This document shows positions 29,784 to 39,429 of a DNA stretch of 47,067 bases, one piece after another (position 1 is the stretch's first letter; each line of letters begins with the position of its first letter). The notes beneath the pieces were generated by a model, which was given only the letters and a program-made list of their open reading frames with translations, did no database searches and was not told the origin of the DNA. The position numbers and the translations under genes were made by a program. The stretch is from a virus, in UHGV virus genome UHGV-0105892. One strand, 5' to 3'.

Positions 29784-30680
29784 TTAATTATCCAGCTTCA
29801 CGCCTGGAATTTTGCCGGCCGCGATGGCATCGTAGATTTTCTTTGCGTTATAATAATCATTTGGTGTGTCCGGGATAAATTCAGGCATGTAACGGTCAAT
29901 AGCCTTAACCGCCTCATCGCGCTTCTGCTCTGCTTCTGATCGGATGGGGCGGAATTTTATATCGCCGATAATGCCAGTAAGTTCAACTCCATAGCAGTCG
30001 CGATAAACAACAAAAGAAGCACCAACATAGTCGACTGTGCATTGAGTCCATTCATTGCCTGGAAGACTTTCTTTTGTGTACTCACACTCACACCCAACAG
30101 GCGGCAATCCTTCGCCGCTCCAAACCTGCGCGATATCCTGCCCGATGCACTCATTCAGGTCGGCTTCGTCATCCGCTTTGACCTGCTCTGCTTCCTGCGG
30201 CTGGTGCAGGCGGTAGGCGACGATGTCCATAACTGAATTTTCATGCCGCCAAAATGCCTGGCCAGCATTAGAAAGTGGATTAACCATTACATCGCTTTTT
30301 TTACGGTGTTTCGTCCACGCTTGCTGGTTTTCGCTTACCGCTCCGCAACGATGCTTGACATCAACCATCGTGCCGCACGGCACCGGGCATTCACCGCCAC
30401 CCCACTCAATCCAGCCGTCATTTTTGGCAGCCAGCGCGGCTTCGTACTGTTCGCGGGTGATGATGGCGGTGGTGTAATCACTGGCTAAGGTGTCAACCTC
30501 GAAACCACCGGTGCGTGACGAGTCGAGAAACCAAAAACCATCTTCGTCACATTTAGCAATAGATGGATGGCATAATGCCGGCTCAACTTTCAAGTCGCCA
30601 TCTTGGGTAATGCAATTTGCACGTTTAGGCCAGCCACCACGTTTCGGTAGTTCTTCAACCAAAATATCAATAAGCTTCAT
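29784..30680 (-). CDS. hypothetical Cys-rich protein (298 aa), minus-strand insert in the head module
   Basis: Multiple Cys clusters (GGGECPVPCG, PVGCECEY). No family recognized. Confidence 0.55.
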   Translation of the reverse strand: MKLIDILVEELPKRGGWPKRANCITQDGDLKVEPALCHPSIAKCDEDGFWFLDSSRTGGFEVDTLASDYTTAIITREQYEAALAAKNDGWIEWGGGECPVPCGTMVDVKHRCGAVSENQQAWTKHRKKSDVMVNPLSNAGQAFWRHENSVMDIVAYRLHQPQEAEQVKADDEADLNECIGQDIAQVWSGEGLPPVGCECEYTKESLPGNEWTQCTVDYVGASFVVYRDCYGVELTGIIGDIKFRPIRSEAEQKRDEAVKAIDRYMPEFIPDTPNDYYNAKKIYDAIAAGKIPGVKLDN

Positions 30681-30807
30681 TTCTTATCTCCGTTATAAAT
30701 GCTTTTCAGTTCACCCATCACATTCATCCATGCTGCATGCTCATCCATTCCGCGCATCACCAGCTTAACGTAGCGATTGCGGGCCTTAAACATCAGGCGC
30801 GGGCACA

Positions 30808-31098
30808 TTATTTGTCGCCCATCGTTGACAGGCAGACTTCACGGGCGACAGCGGCCACTTCTTTCGGTGTCTTGTCTGTCATTTTGTATGCCCCATCAAC
30901 GATGGCCTTGCTGAGTTGGTTAAATTCAGCGCTATACTGGCCTCCAGAAGAAACCATCAGCGCGAGCTGCTTTGATACGCCAGCATCACGGGCTTCTGCT
31001 GCCGCTTCACCGAACTCACCAACTGCATTGCAAAACTCGCCAGCCGACGCACCAAATGAAGCCATTGCGAATACTGCTGCTGCGATTAATTTTTTCAT
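30808..31098 (-). CDS. small secreted protein (96 aa)
   Basis: Signal peptide MKKLIAAAVFAMASFGASA, then a Cys-containing mature part. AGGAGAG SD. Confidence 0.55.
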   Translation of the reverse strand: MKKLIAAAVFAMASFGASAGEFCNAVGEFGEAAAEARDAGVSKQLALMVSSGGQYSAEFNQLSKAIVDGAYKMTDKTPKEVAAVAREVCLSTMGDK

Positions 31099-31213
31099 TT
31101 TTTACTCTCCTGTGTTTGTGTATCTACATCATCGCTTACGATTCAATCTACGTCAAGTATTTTTATGATATAATGACACATGGGTTAGGAAGTTATCGGT
31201 TGAGGAAATCATT

Positions 31214-31942
31214 ATGTCAAAAAAAATGTCAAACGAAGACTTTGTGGCATCAGCCAGGGCAGCACACGGGAGTAGATTCAGGTACGAAAAGTGCGTTTAT
31301 GACGGGAAAAAGAAAAAATTAATAATAATTTGTAGGATGCACGGGGCTTTCCTCACTCATCCAGATACCCACTTAAAGGGAAAACATGGAGGATGTGATA
31401 AGTGTGCAAGGATTCAGCATGGCAGGAGATCATCAGAAAGGTGCAGGAGCAAGGTGAGAGACCTTGATATTTCCGATATCGTTAAATATGAACCTGAAAC
31501 GGGTGATTTTACTTGGGTTAAGAACACAACAATTCGAGACTCAATAGGAAGGAAGGTTGGTAGCAAAACTAAGAATGGTTATATTGAATGTCAGATTCAG
31601 GGAGAGAGGTACTTACTACATAGACTGGCTTGGTTTATGCACTATGGATCATGGCCGCCAGGTGAGATAGATCACATTAATTGCATCAAAACAGATAACA
31701 GAATTAAAAATCTTAGGCTTGCCACTTTTTGTGAAAATCAACAAAACAAGGGCCTTTCAGAAAGCAATAAGTCAGGCGTCAAAGGCGTCTGCTGGGACAA
31801 AAGGTTATCAAAATGGAAAGCCAGGGTCTACGCATCAAGGGTGTTGGTGGCAGAGAGGGTATTTGACGACCTGAATGAAGCCGCAGAGTGGATAAAAAAT
31901 GTTAGAATGAGACACCACAAAGAATTTTCCCGGGAGGCTTAG
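31214..31942 (+). CDS. HNH-AP2 homing endonuclease with one N-terminal Zn-ribbon repeat
   Basis: N-terminus R.RYEKCVY.GKKKKLIIICRMHG.F...P..HL.G..GGC.KC is one copy of the repeat. Then IDHIN..K.DNRI.NLR HNH and GVKGVCWDKRLSKW AP2 motifs. Confidence 0.7.
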   Translation: MSKKMSNEDFVASARAAHGSRFRYEKCVYDGKKKKLIIICRMHGAFLTHPDTHLKGKHGGCDKCARIQHGRRSSERCRSKVRDLDISDIVKYEPETGDFTWVKNTTIRDSIGRKVGSKTKNGYIECQIQGERYLLHRLAWFMHYGSWPPGEIDHINCIKTDNRIKNLRLATFCENQQNKGLSESNKSGVKGVCWDKRLSKWKARVYASRVLVAERVFDDLNEAAEWIKNVRMRHHKEFSREA

Positions 31943-31943
31943 G

Positions 31944-32378
31944 GTGAAATTATCTCAAAAGGGCATTGAACTAATTAAACAATTCGAGGGTTACAGCTCG
32001 AAGGCATATCCAGACCCAGCCACTGGCGGAGCGCCGTGGACTATCGGTTACGGTACAACCAAAGGCGTTAAGCCAGGCATGGTTATCACCGCACAGCAAG
32101 CGGAAAAGATGCTGCGTGACGACGTAGCGAAATTTGAAAGCGGCGTCTCGTCACTCATCACCGCCCCAACAACTCAGGGCCAGTTTGATGCAATGGTGTC
32201 ACTGGCCTACAACATTGGCCTTGGTAACTTTGGCAAATCAACGCTTCTGAAAAAGCATAACGCCCGCTGCTACACCTGCGCCGCCGACCAGTTCCGGGTA
32301 TGGAATCGCGCTAATGGCAAGGTCATGAACGGACTTACCAAGCGCCGGGCGGCAGAACGTCAGGTCTACATGTCATGA
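31944..32378 (+). CDS. endolysin (GH24 lysozyme)
   Basis: E..(8)..D..(5)..T catalytic arrangement: ELIKQFEGYSSKAYPDPATGGAPWTIGYGTT. GTG start. Confidence 0.8.
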   Translation: MKLSQKGIELIKQFEGYSSKAYPDPATGGAPWTIGYGTTKGVKPGMVITAQQAEKMLRDDVAKFESGVSSLITAPTTQGQFDAMVSLAYNIGLGNFGKSTLLKKHNARCYTCAADQFRVWNRANGKVMNGLTKRRAAERQVYMS

Positions 32379-32620
32379 AGCGCCTCAGCAACTGGCTTAT
32401 CGGCATTTGGGCATCACTCTGCTCGCTGATTCAGCTCTGGCCTGATGCTATGGTTCATGTGTGGGCTTTCATGCCTGAAGACCTCAAGTTCGCCATTCCG
32501 CCGATTGCGGTCAAGGCGATCAGCTACAGCATCCTTCTTGCCTCGCTGTTTGGAAAAATGCACGGCATGAAGAAAGAGATTAAGGCGCTGAAAAATGATT
32601 CTGCAAATCCTCAAGGCTAA
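32375..32620 (+). CDS. holin-like membrane protein
   Basis: 81 aa with two predicted TM helices and a charged C-terminus; overlaps the endolysin stop. Confidence 0.5.
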   Translation: MKRLSNWLIGIWASLCSLIQLWPDAMVHVWAFMPEDLKFAIPPIAVKAISYSILLASLFGKMHGMKKEIKALKNDSANPQG

Positions 32621-33089
32621 CTGGAAAGTTGTTGCGGCCATTATCGGCGTAGCGCTTCTGGCGCTGATTATCTACGGAAAGTTGGTCAATTACGGGAGGG
32701 CGAAATATAACTCTGGATATCTGGCCGCCGTAGAGGCGCAGAAGGTCAAAGACAAAGAGGCAAGCGAACAACATGAGCAAGACAAAAAGACCATCGAGCA
32801 GGAAGCGCAAAACCGCATTGATGCCGCGCGTGCTGATGCTTCCGCTGCTGCTGTTAAGTCTGGCAGGTTGCAGCAACAGCTCGCCACAATCAGAAAGCAG
32901 CTCGTCGATTATTCCCGCACTGAGTCCATTGGCAATCCAGCCTCCAGTACCGGAGTTTTGCTCTCCCAGCTGCTCAGTGAATCTGTCGAAAGAAATCGAC
33001 AACTGGCAGAATATGCTGACTCAGCAAGAGAGGCAGGATTGACTTGTCAGGCACAATACAATTCTCTGAGGTCAGCTAATGTTAAATAA
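32595..33089 (+). CDS. i-spanin (Rz-like)
   Basis: N-terminal TM (VVAAIIGVALLALIIY) followed by a long coiled-coil periplasmic domain. Confidence 0.65.
   Translation: MILQILKANWKVVAAIIGVALLALIIYGKLVNYGRAKYNSGYLAAVEAQKVKDKEASEQHEQDKKTIEQEAQNRIDAARADASAAAVKSGRLQQQLATIRKQLVDYSRTESIGNPASSTGVLLSQLLSESVERNRQLAEYADSAREAGLTCQAQYNSLRSANVK
32821..33042 (+). CDS. o-spanin (Rz1-like lipoprotein) embedded in the +1 frame of the i-spanin
   Basis: MPRVLMLPLLLLSLAGC lipobox followed by a Pro/Ser-rich tail. Start chosen inside the 32773 ORF in the track. Confidence 0.5.
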   Translation: MPRVLMLPLLLLSLAGCSNSSPQSESSSSIIPALSPLAIQPPVPEFCSPSCSVNLSKEIDNWQNMLTQQERQD

Positions 33090-33225
33090 AGAGAGGCGCG
33101 AGGAGTATGACAGAATGGCGGCCAATGTGGCGCTAGGCAGGGCAGGTTATCAACCAGCACGCAAAAGCCGGTATAGCAAGTCGGCAAAAGATGAATATGG
33201 CCATGCGCCTCAATTCCTGTAGCAA

Positions 33226-33255
33226 TAAAAAAGCCCCATAAAGGGGCTTTGTTTT
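33226..33255. terminator. bidirectional rho-independent terminator after the lysis cassette
   Basis: aaaaaagcccc-ataaa-ggggctttgtttt. Confidence 0.7.
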
Positions 33256-33275
33256 AGAAAATACCAAGGTCAATC

Positions 33276-33491
33276 TCACGCATAAAGAGCCTCCATTTTG
33301 TACCCAAACATGGCCGCGTTCTGATGCTCAACACTACCAGCAAAAGCCAGATAGCGGCGCCCACGATTGCTGGTGATGATGTAGGCTGCTGGTTCGGAAA
33401 GCCTCGGGACATGATAATCTCGCCGGGCAGGTTCGTGTAACTCCACCATGTCGATTTCGATGCGTGGCGCGGGGTCTTGTATTGCCATCAC
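33276..33491 (-). CDS. hypothetical protein (71 aa)
   Basis: ORF in the track (GTG start) overlapping the stop of the upstream gene. Confidence 0.4.
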   Translation of the reverse strand: MMAIQDPAPRIEIDMVELHEPARRDYHVPRLSEPAAYIITSNRGRRYLAFAGSVEHQNAAMFGYKMEALYA

Positions 33492-33961
33492 TTTACCTCC
33501 CCATTCAGTTCATTAACAATTAATGTTGCATAGCCAGCAATGTCTTTCCAGCTATCGTCGTATGTCGGGTCGCCATTCAGGATTCTACCGATTTTATGCT
33601 GAATCATGTCGAGCGCCTCCTTCTGGCTCGCCGTCAGGGTATTCCAGCCGTCAACGTCGCGCATGGTGTCTTTCAGTGACTGCATGATATCTGCGCCATA
33701 TTTGAATTTGCCATAACGGCTGCCGCGCTCGGTGATGAGGGCTTCTGTGGAGCTGGCGTGCCCATTCAAGTCATCATCAGTTACTGGCTCACGATGAGCG
33801 ATAACAATATCGCCAGACTTTTCGATATCCTTATCTCGCCCTGCATAATCCGCGCTGAGGTAGTGGATTTTGCCACTGGTTGCTGATTTTACAGCAAGAA
33901 CGGCATCTTCATGACCATTAAAATAATCAGCACTTCCCTTCAGGTATTTGTATTTCATCAC
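33488..33961 (-). CDS. hypothetical protein, possibly MazG-like nucleotide pyrophosphohydrolase fold
   Basis: ERGSRYGKF...IAGYATL pattern reminiscent of small phage MazG-like domains. Low certainty. Confidence 0.4.
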   Translation of the reverse strand: MMKYKYLKGSADYFNGHEDAVLAVKSATSGKIHYLSADYAGRDKDIEKSGDIVIAHREPVTDDDLNGHASSTEALITERGSRYGKFKYGADIMQSLKDTMRDVDGWNTLTASQKEALDMIQHKIGRILNGDPTYDDSWKDIAGYATLIVNELNGEVK

Positions 33962-34158
33962 TCCACCCTCAGCGTAACCTTGTTTTTCTCATCCACGCTG
34001 AAGTGCTCACGCACAAACTCATACATTTCTTCAGCGCTCCATTCCCGCATTGCTACATAGCAGTGCGCGTAATATCTGACATCTCGCAGGCTTAACGGCT
34101 GGCGCTTAGCGATAATCTCAGTCAGTACTTCCAGTGGTTCTTTGCGTTGTCTCGCCAT
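33958..34158 (-). CDS. hypothetical protein (66 aa)
   Basis: AGGAGA SD. First gene of the minus-strand trio. Confidence 0.45.
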   Translation of the reverse strand: MARQRKEPLEVLTEIIAKRQPLSLRDVRYYAHCYVAMREWSAEEMYEFVREHFSVDEKNKVTLRVE

Positions 34159-34254
34159 TGTCGCTCTCCTGTGAAAACCATCTTGACTAATCTACGTCAA
34201 TTAGTCAATACTAGATGGTGTAGATTATATCACAGTGATGAGGAGTGGTGTGGA

Positions 34255-34470
34255 ATGAAGAAATGGCAGGAGGTGACAGAGGTTCATAAGCGCGATTGCC
34301 GGGAGACTCTGCAAATGCTTAATGTACCGGAGTCAATCATTAAATCTATCGAGCAGCGTATTGATCTGGCTGCTATGGAGGCCGCCCATGAAGCCGAGGA
34401 AGCGCAAATGTTGTCATGGATGGACAGAACTCTACCGGGCGTTTTACATCGTGGTAAGACTACCGATTGA
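34255..34470 (+). CDS. hypothetical protein (about 71 aa)
   Basis: Internal ATG (MKKWQEV..) preceded by GAGGAG. The 34147 ORF in the track begins with a non-ATG codon inside the divergent promoter region. Confidence 0.45.
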   Translation: MKKWQEVTEVHKRDCRETLQMLNVPESIIKSIEQRIDLAAMEAAHEAEEAQMLSWMDRTLPGVLHRGKTTD

Positions 34471-34553
34471 AGATGATGACGGGTATCTGCACAACCATAG
34501 TCAGGTGCTCAAATATTATGGCGTTCACTACAAAGTGCTGATGGAGAGAAAAA

Positions 34554-34745
34554 ATGACTACTGATCAGGTGTACGAAAAAGAATTGCTGAACAAGCTGGA
34601 AGAACTTGACCGCACTCGCGCATGGGTTGAAAGCGAATTGCGCGAAGTTCGCAACCGCATGCAACGGCAGGTTAACCGCGAAATTATCGAATGGCGCGAA
34701 GGGCGCCCGCATTTCAGCAATATTGGTGAATGGGTGGCGAAATGA
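34554..34745 (+). CDS. hypothetical coiled-coil protein (63 aa)
   Basis: ORF in the track with a GGAGAGAAAAA SD. Confidence 0.5.
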   Translation: MTTDQVYEKELLNKLEELDRTRAWVESELREVRNRMQRQVNREIIEWREGRPHFSNIGEWVAK

Positions 34746-34978
34746 AACCAATGATGAATGATGAGAAATTACTAGAGTGTCCGTTTTGCGGTAGTGAAAA
34801 TTCCATGCGGAACAAGGATGGGCAATGGCATTTTGTAGTATGCCAGGATTGCGGCTGCCGTACTGATGACTGGATGGTTGCGGCGACAGCAATCATTAAA
34901 TGGAATACCAGAAATGGCCACCTCTATACCGCTGACGACTACAAGCAAGATGCAATGGAGCGCGCAAATGGACTTTAA
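34742..34978 (+). CDS. Lar-family restriction-alleviation-like zinc-ribbon protein
   Basis: MKPMM..LLECPFCGSE......W.VVCQDCGC; the CPFCG zinc ribbon is characteristic of the Lar family. ATGA overlap with the upstream gene. Confidence 0.5.
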   Translation: MKPMMNDEKLLECPFCGSENSMRNKDGQWHFVVCQDCGCRTDDWMVAATAIIKWNTRNGHLYTADDYKQDAMERANGL

Positions 34979-35438
34979 AACACAAATACTCACGGTGATA
35001 GAGCGCTGCGGCGGCGCAACCAATGCCATGATACGCAAGCAGACTGGCATGACAAACCGAGTCAGCGTTACTGGCTATCTGATTGAGCTGGAGGGTATGG
35101 GATTTATTATTAAAGAGGAAAGCGTCAGCCATGGCAGGCGCTGCTTTAAATATTTCCTCAATCCCGATAATACTGCGCTTGACATGGCAATTCAGACGTA
35201 CCTTGAGGCTAATCCTGGACGCAAGAGTAAGCAGATAGCGGAGGCTGTCGGCGTCAATTACACCATCCTCAAGGCACGCATGCGCTATCTGGCAAGCATT
35301 GGTCAGGTTGACCGTGAAATGCTTCCTGGCGGAGCGTGGAAATATTACTGGCAGGAGATCATCCCGTTTGGCATGAGCCGTGACAGGATGATGTTTGAAA
35401 AGTTGCTTGCCGGGGCGCGCCAGTCATGTGGGCGGTAA
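34968..35438 (+). CDS. winged-helix DNA-binding protein (two wHTH-like segments)
   Basis: ILTVIERCGGATNAMIRKQTG..VTGYLIELEGMGFI and a second segment KQIAEAVGVNYTILKARMRYLASIGQV. The internal ATG overlaps the Lar stop. Confidence 0.45.
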   Translation: MDFKTQILTVIERCGGATNAMIRKQTGMTNRVSVTGYLIELEGMGFIIKEESVSHGRRCFKYFLNPDNTALDMAIQTYLEANPGRKSKQIAEAVGVNYTILKARMRYLASIGQVDREMLPGGAWKYYWQEIIPFGMSRDRMMFEKLLAGARQSCGR

Positions 35439-35716
35439 AGCATAAATCAGGAACCGTGCTGTTTGTCACCAACTGTGAACGCACAGCCAATAATCGTAGA
35501 GAGATGGGATGGATAGTGGAGGAGGTGAATGTGAGCAAACCAAAAAGCGCATTAATTAAAATTACATGGCACGACGACACAGTTAGCCAGTGGCATGCAG
35601 ATTCATTCAGAGAGGGTGAGCACTCCATTGAAATGAATATTGGTGGATGCATCGTTTGCATCCCCTGGAGGTTATACAAAGATGGCGAAGTCAAACATTT
35701 GGATGTGGAGTCGTAA
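35426..35716 (+). CDS. hypothetical protein (96 aa)
   Basis: ORF in the track overlapping the stop of the upstream gene. Confidence 0.45.
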   Translation: MWAVKHKSGTVLFVTNCERTANNRREMGWIVEEVNVSKPKSALIKITWHDDTVSQWHADSFREGEHSIEMNIGGCIVCIPWRLYKDGEVKHLDVES

Positions 35717-36034
35717 ATGAAACTACAACTTAACGAAATCATGGAAGCAACAATTAGCGAGCTTGACTCATGGGATATGATGCTTGCCTTTGAAATCGAA
35801 GCTATCGAGCGCCAGCTCTCCGGGAATCATGATGCAGGCAGGGTATGGAAAGAGAAGGCCATGAAGGCGAAGGGACATATGCAGCGCACCCGCGCGCTGG
35901 TTCGCACTCGCCTTGATAAGCTCTACTACGGCGAAGAAAGAATGTTGCATGGCGCCATTCTGGCTGAAATCCGCAAAACTATGCCCATCGGGAAATTCAT
36001 GGATGCAGTAAACCGCGCAAAAATTAACTGCTGA
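35717..36034 (+). CDS. hypothetical protein (105 aa)
   Basis: ORF in the track starting directly after the previous stop. Confidence 0.5.
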   Translation: MKLQLNEIMEATISELDSWDMMLAFEIEAIERQLSGNHDAGRVWKEKAMKAKGHMQRTRALVRTRLDKLYYGEERMLHGAILAEIRKTMPIGKFMDAVNRAKINC

Positions 36035-36105
36035 ATGCTAAATAAGAATAGTCCTCAATAAATCTTCATCATTGGCTGCTACCTTGCATTCAGGAGGTAG
36101 CAGCC

Positions 36106-36228
36106 ATGCCAATCATACTGATATCATTCTTTGCTACTCTTTTCGCTTTTACCGCATCTCCGCTTTACCTTCTTGCGTCCGTTTCGTGGTGCTTTATTGC
36201 TGCTAGATATAAAAAAGGCGCCACATGA
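36106..36228 (+). CDS. small membrane peptide (40 aa)
   Basis: Strong AGGAGG SD. Hydrophobic IILISFFATLFAFTASPLYLLASVSWCFIAA. Confidence 0.5.
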   Translation: MPIILISFFATLFAFTASPLYLLASVSWCFIAARYKKGAT

Positions 36229-36240
36229 CGCCTTTTATTT
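36211..36240. terminator. bidirectional terminator hairpin
   Basis: aaggcg-ccacatga-cgcctt followed by ttattt, convergent with the homing endonuclease gene. Confidence 0.5.
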
Positions 36241-36242
36241 GT

Positions 36243-37652
36243 TTATCTACTCCACTCTATTCTCATCTGTCCGCTGTCCCATATCCTGCTAACACCCTCA
36301 GATTCGTACCATTCTGTTTGGGTCATACCTTTCGGCGCCTTGTTCCATTTCTGTCTTGACTCTACATTACTGCCATTAACTATGCCAAATCCTGGCTTTA
36401 TGCTAACTGGTTTAAATCCTGCCGCTATGTATGACTTGCCAGTAAACAAATCAAGATCAACATAACTAAAGCACCTGTCAAACCCGATGATTGAAGAGCA
36501 GTTTTTTAGCATCTTGGTAAGCCCGCCTCTAACGTTGCACTTCGACGCAAACCTCACAAGCTCTGTTGCGCCTGATTTTATCGTGAAAGTCATAACTGAA
36601 ACTAAATCATCACCATTGAACAGCCCGAAATGCCTGCTGGCGTTCTTTCCACCCATCACGTGATGTGCATCAAGAAAATCCCTAGAATCACGACTTGATA
36701 CTTCTTTAACGACGCATTCTCTTGCGTTTATGTTTTCATTAGGCCTACAGCCCATGGCATTCATTATTATTAATTTGACCAAATCTTCTTTATCTCTCCA
36801 GATATCGCTTCTTATGCTTATTAATCTCATTCCAGACGCTTCAACCCTCTCCCTCTTCATTCTGTGATAAAGCCTATCTTTCCCGACCTTCTCCGAGTGC
36901 CAGTACACGTCGTTTACCTCTATGGCTAATGATTTGGATTTTGAGACTATATCAAGTTCATATGGCGCTATCGTCGCTCTATCCCTACTGATTGCATATG
37001 GGTCTAGTGACTTAACAAATGCAAGGATATCGGCTTCTGCGTTTGACATTACTCCAGCGCACGATGGGCACCCATTCCCAGCAAGATGATTTGCTGCACC
37101 CTGAGTAAACTCCCCATGCACAGGGCATAAGATATTAATCTTGCCTCGGGAACCAGTAAACCCATTCGGTGAATACTCATATTTATCTCCATGGATGCAT
37201 TTCGCATCATCAACAAAATCACCGAACATTTTGATCTTTGCTTTCCTCGAACTCTCATCCCCGCACCTTGGGCATCCATTACCACGTTTCAGGTGAATGT
37301 AGGCTCCTTGCTCAAACCACCCATGGATCGGGCATCCGATTGTTACCTTTTCCCGAGAAAACGTTTCAAAAAAAACCTTGCTATAGTCATATTTTCCTCT
37401 GTGAACAGCGGAAGCCATTGATTTAAAATCATCGACAGAAATGACGCCCTTTTGGCACTTTGCACATCCCTGACCATGAAGGTGTTTGGATGGCTTTTGC
37501 CAGAATTCCCCATGCTTTTTGCATACTATTTTCATTGGTGAGTGGCAGCCATGGAAGGTATAAAAATCATACTCATACGTATCGCCATGAACGCTACGCA
37601 GCTTTTCTTTGAGTTCATCAATCGTCATCTTCTTCGGCATGATATAATCCAC
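36243..37652 (-). CDS. free-standing homing endonuclease: four Zn-ribbon repeats plus a C-terminal nuclease domain
   Basis: Four HG.F.Q.P..HL.G.GC..C repeats. C-terminal half contains LAIEVNDVYWHS (Vsr/DUF559-like PD-(D/E)XK core). Confidence 0.55.
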   Translation of the reverse strand: MDYIMPKKMTIDELKEKLRSVHGDTYEYDFYTFHGCHSPMKIVCKKHGEFWQKPSKHLHGQGCAKCQKGVISVDDFKSMASAVHRGKYDYSKVFFETFSREKVTIGCPIHGWFEQGAYIHLKRGNGCPRCGDESSRKAKIKMFGDFVDDAKCIHGDKYEYSPNGFTGSRGKINILCPVHGEFTQGAANHLAGNGCPSCAGVMSNAEADILAFVKSLDPYAISRDRATIAPYELDIVSKSKSLAIEVNDVYWHSEKVGKDRLYHRMKRERVEASGMRLISIRSDIWRDKEDLVKLIIMNAMGCRPNENINARECVVKEVSSRDSRDFLDAHHVMGGKNASRHFGLFNGDDLVSVMTFTIKSGATELVRFASKCNVRGGLTKMLKNCSSIIGFDRCFSYVDLDLFTGKSYIAAGFKPVSIKPGFGIVNGSNVESRQKWNKAPKGMTQTEWYESEGVSRIWDSGQMRIEWSR

Positions 37653-37678
37653 ATATCAAAAAAACACTCGGAGTTAAC

Positions 37679-38956
37679 ATGAAAAGGTTACAAGTTAACG
37701 TCTTGACCACCATCAATAGCGCAAGCAACATTAGCGAGCAGGTTATTGATGGAGACATGCATTACATTATAAAGAATGTTGTTCCTCTTGTCGATGATGT
37801 AGTGATGAATGGCGGGATGTATCCATCTGACGAAATCAAGAAGTCATATAATGGTCTGAATGGAAATCCGGCGCCGTACAATCACCCGGTGGTAGACGGT
37901 TCTTATGTGTCCGCTCACAATATTCGCGCCGTGAACCAGTACCATGTCGGCTCATGGATCGAGAACGCGTCACACGATGGCGGAAAGGTGCTTGTTGACC
38001 TAAAGGTAAACAAAGTTATCGCTGGTCGCTCAGAGAAAGGTCGGGAGTTACTTGGTCGCATTGAGGCGCTAATGAATTCTGCCGATAGTGCAGAGCCAAT
38101 TCATGTATCCACTGGCCTATTGCTTAACCGTGAAGCAGCGGAAGGAACAAGCAAAGGCAAGAAATACACGTGGATTGCCAGGAATATGGAATGGGATCAC
38201 CTCGCCATTCTTCCTCCGGGCGTGCCTGGGGCGGGAACGCCAGAAGATGGAGTTGGTATTTTTGCCACCAATGGCGAAGACATTGAGCGTGTTGTAGTTA
38301 ACCTTGAGGAATCGGCAATGCCAGACGAAAGTGCAAACAAAATCAAATGGTGGCGGCGTGCCATCAACTACATCACCAGAAATAGCGACCTGTCATTTGA
38401 TGAGATTGCCGATCAGATACGTGGAAAAATAAAAGAGGAGTTATCCCAGGATAGCTGGCCTTTTGTGTTTGCTGTTTATGATGATAAGTTTGGCGTTGAG
38501 ATTGATGGCGTCAAGTATATGCAGTCCTACGTTATTATAAATGATGTGGTACAATTAGTCGGTGAACGGGTTAAGGCTGTTTATAAGACAGAGCTTGAAC
38601 CGGTAAAAACAACTCAAGGGGAAATCTCAATGACTAACGAGGAATTACAGGCTGTATTGGCCGATGCCCTCAAACCGGTTCAGGAATCGTTGACCGCAGT
38701 CAACCAGAAACTGGCCGATGTGGAGGCGCAAAACAAAACCCTGCGCGACCAGCTGCAAGCCAATGCCGCACAGGAAGAAACCGCAATGCGCGCCGCCATT
38801 ATGGCTGAGCTGAAGTTGCCGGAATCTGCTGTTAATGCGCTGACTGGCGAAGCACTGCGTGAAACCTATGCACTCACCAGTAAAGCGGCTCCGATTTCCG
38901 GCGGGTTCCAGCCGAACCGTGCCGAAGAAGATTTTGATATGGAGGCACCTGAATAA
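37679..38956 (+). CDS. head-processing protein (putative prohead protease / scaffolding protein)
   Basis: 425 aa between the lysis/HEG region and the capsid genes. C-terminal 100 aa are coiled-coil. Confidence 0.35.
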   Translation: MKRLQVNVLTTINSASNISEQVIDGDMHYIIKNVVPLVDDVVMNGGMYPSDEIKKSYNGLNGNPAPYNHPVVDGSYVSAHNIRAVNQYHVGSWIENASHDGGKVLVDLKVNKVIAGRSEKGRELLGRIEALMNSADSAEPIHVSTGLLLNREAAEGTSKGKKYTWIARNMEWDHLAILPPGVPGAGTPEDGVGIFATNGEDIERVVVNLEESAMPDESANKIKWWRRAINYITRNSDLSFDEIADQIRGKIKEELSQDSWPFVFAVYDDKFGVEIDGVKYMQSYVIINDVVQLVGERVKAVYKTELEPVKTTQGEISMTNEELQAVLADALKPVQESLTAVNQKLADVEAQNKTLRDQLQANAAQEETAMRAAIMAELKLPESAVNALTGEALRETYALTSKAAPISGGFQPNRAEEDFDMEAPE

Positions 38957-39429
38957 TGGCTACTATCCGTTATGGCACCATCATCGGCGGCCCGGCCCGC
39001 AAAAATGACCCGCAGATTCGTGAAGGCATCATGAAGGTCGAGTTGAAGCCGGGAGCACTGGTTGACTTCGACACCACTGACGACAAAATCATCGCGCATG
39101 CGACTGATGGCGGTCAGGGTTTCCCCTACGTTCTGCAACACAACTATGTTGGTGGCGGTGACGTGAGTGAAGCTGTACCGGCGAATGCTACTGGCATGGC
39201 TGTGCAGTGTGAATTTGGCGTCACCTATCACGCACTGGTTGCGAAAGGTTCTCAGCTGAAGAAAGGCACTCCGCTGGCAAGCGATGGCGCAGGGGCGCTG
39301 AAAGTTGCTGTTAATAAGGATAATATCCTGTTCTATGCGTATGAAGCCTACACCGTAGCATCTGATGGCGCTGAACTCGTTGCGGTTCGTCGCGCTGGCA
39401 ATGCTTCCATGTCTGCTGGAGAACTGTAA
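38956..39429 (+). CDS. head protein (decoration-like), immediately upstream of the capsid gene
   Basis: 157 aa, Gly/Ala-rich beta-type sequence with host-like codon usage; ATGA coupled. Confidence 0.35.
   Translation: MATIRYGTIIGGPARKNDPQIREGIMKVELKPGALVDFDTTDDKIIAHATDGGQGFPYVLQHNYVGGGDVSEAVPANATGMAVQCEFGVTYHALVAKGSQLKKGTPLASDGAGALKVAVNKDNILFYAYEAYTVASDGAELVAVRRAGNASMSAGEL

Noticed and set aside
30677-30793. 38-aa minus-strand ORF between the secreted-protein gene and the Cys-rich gene
   Set aside because: It overlaps the downstream start by ATGA but has no SD. It was left unannotated.
34322-34564. 80-aa ORF overlapping two better-supported genes
   Set aside because: It has no convincing start or SD, and it overlaps 34255-34470 out of frame. 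It could be real but the evidence is insufficient.
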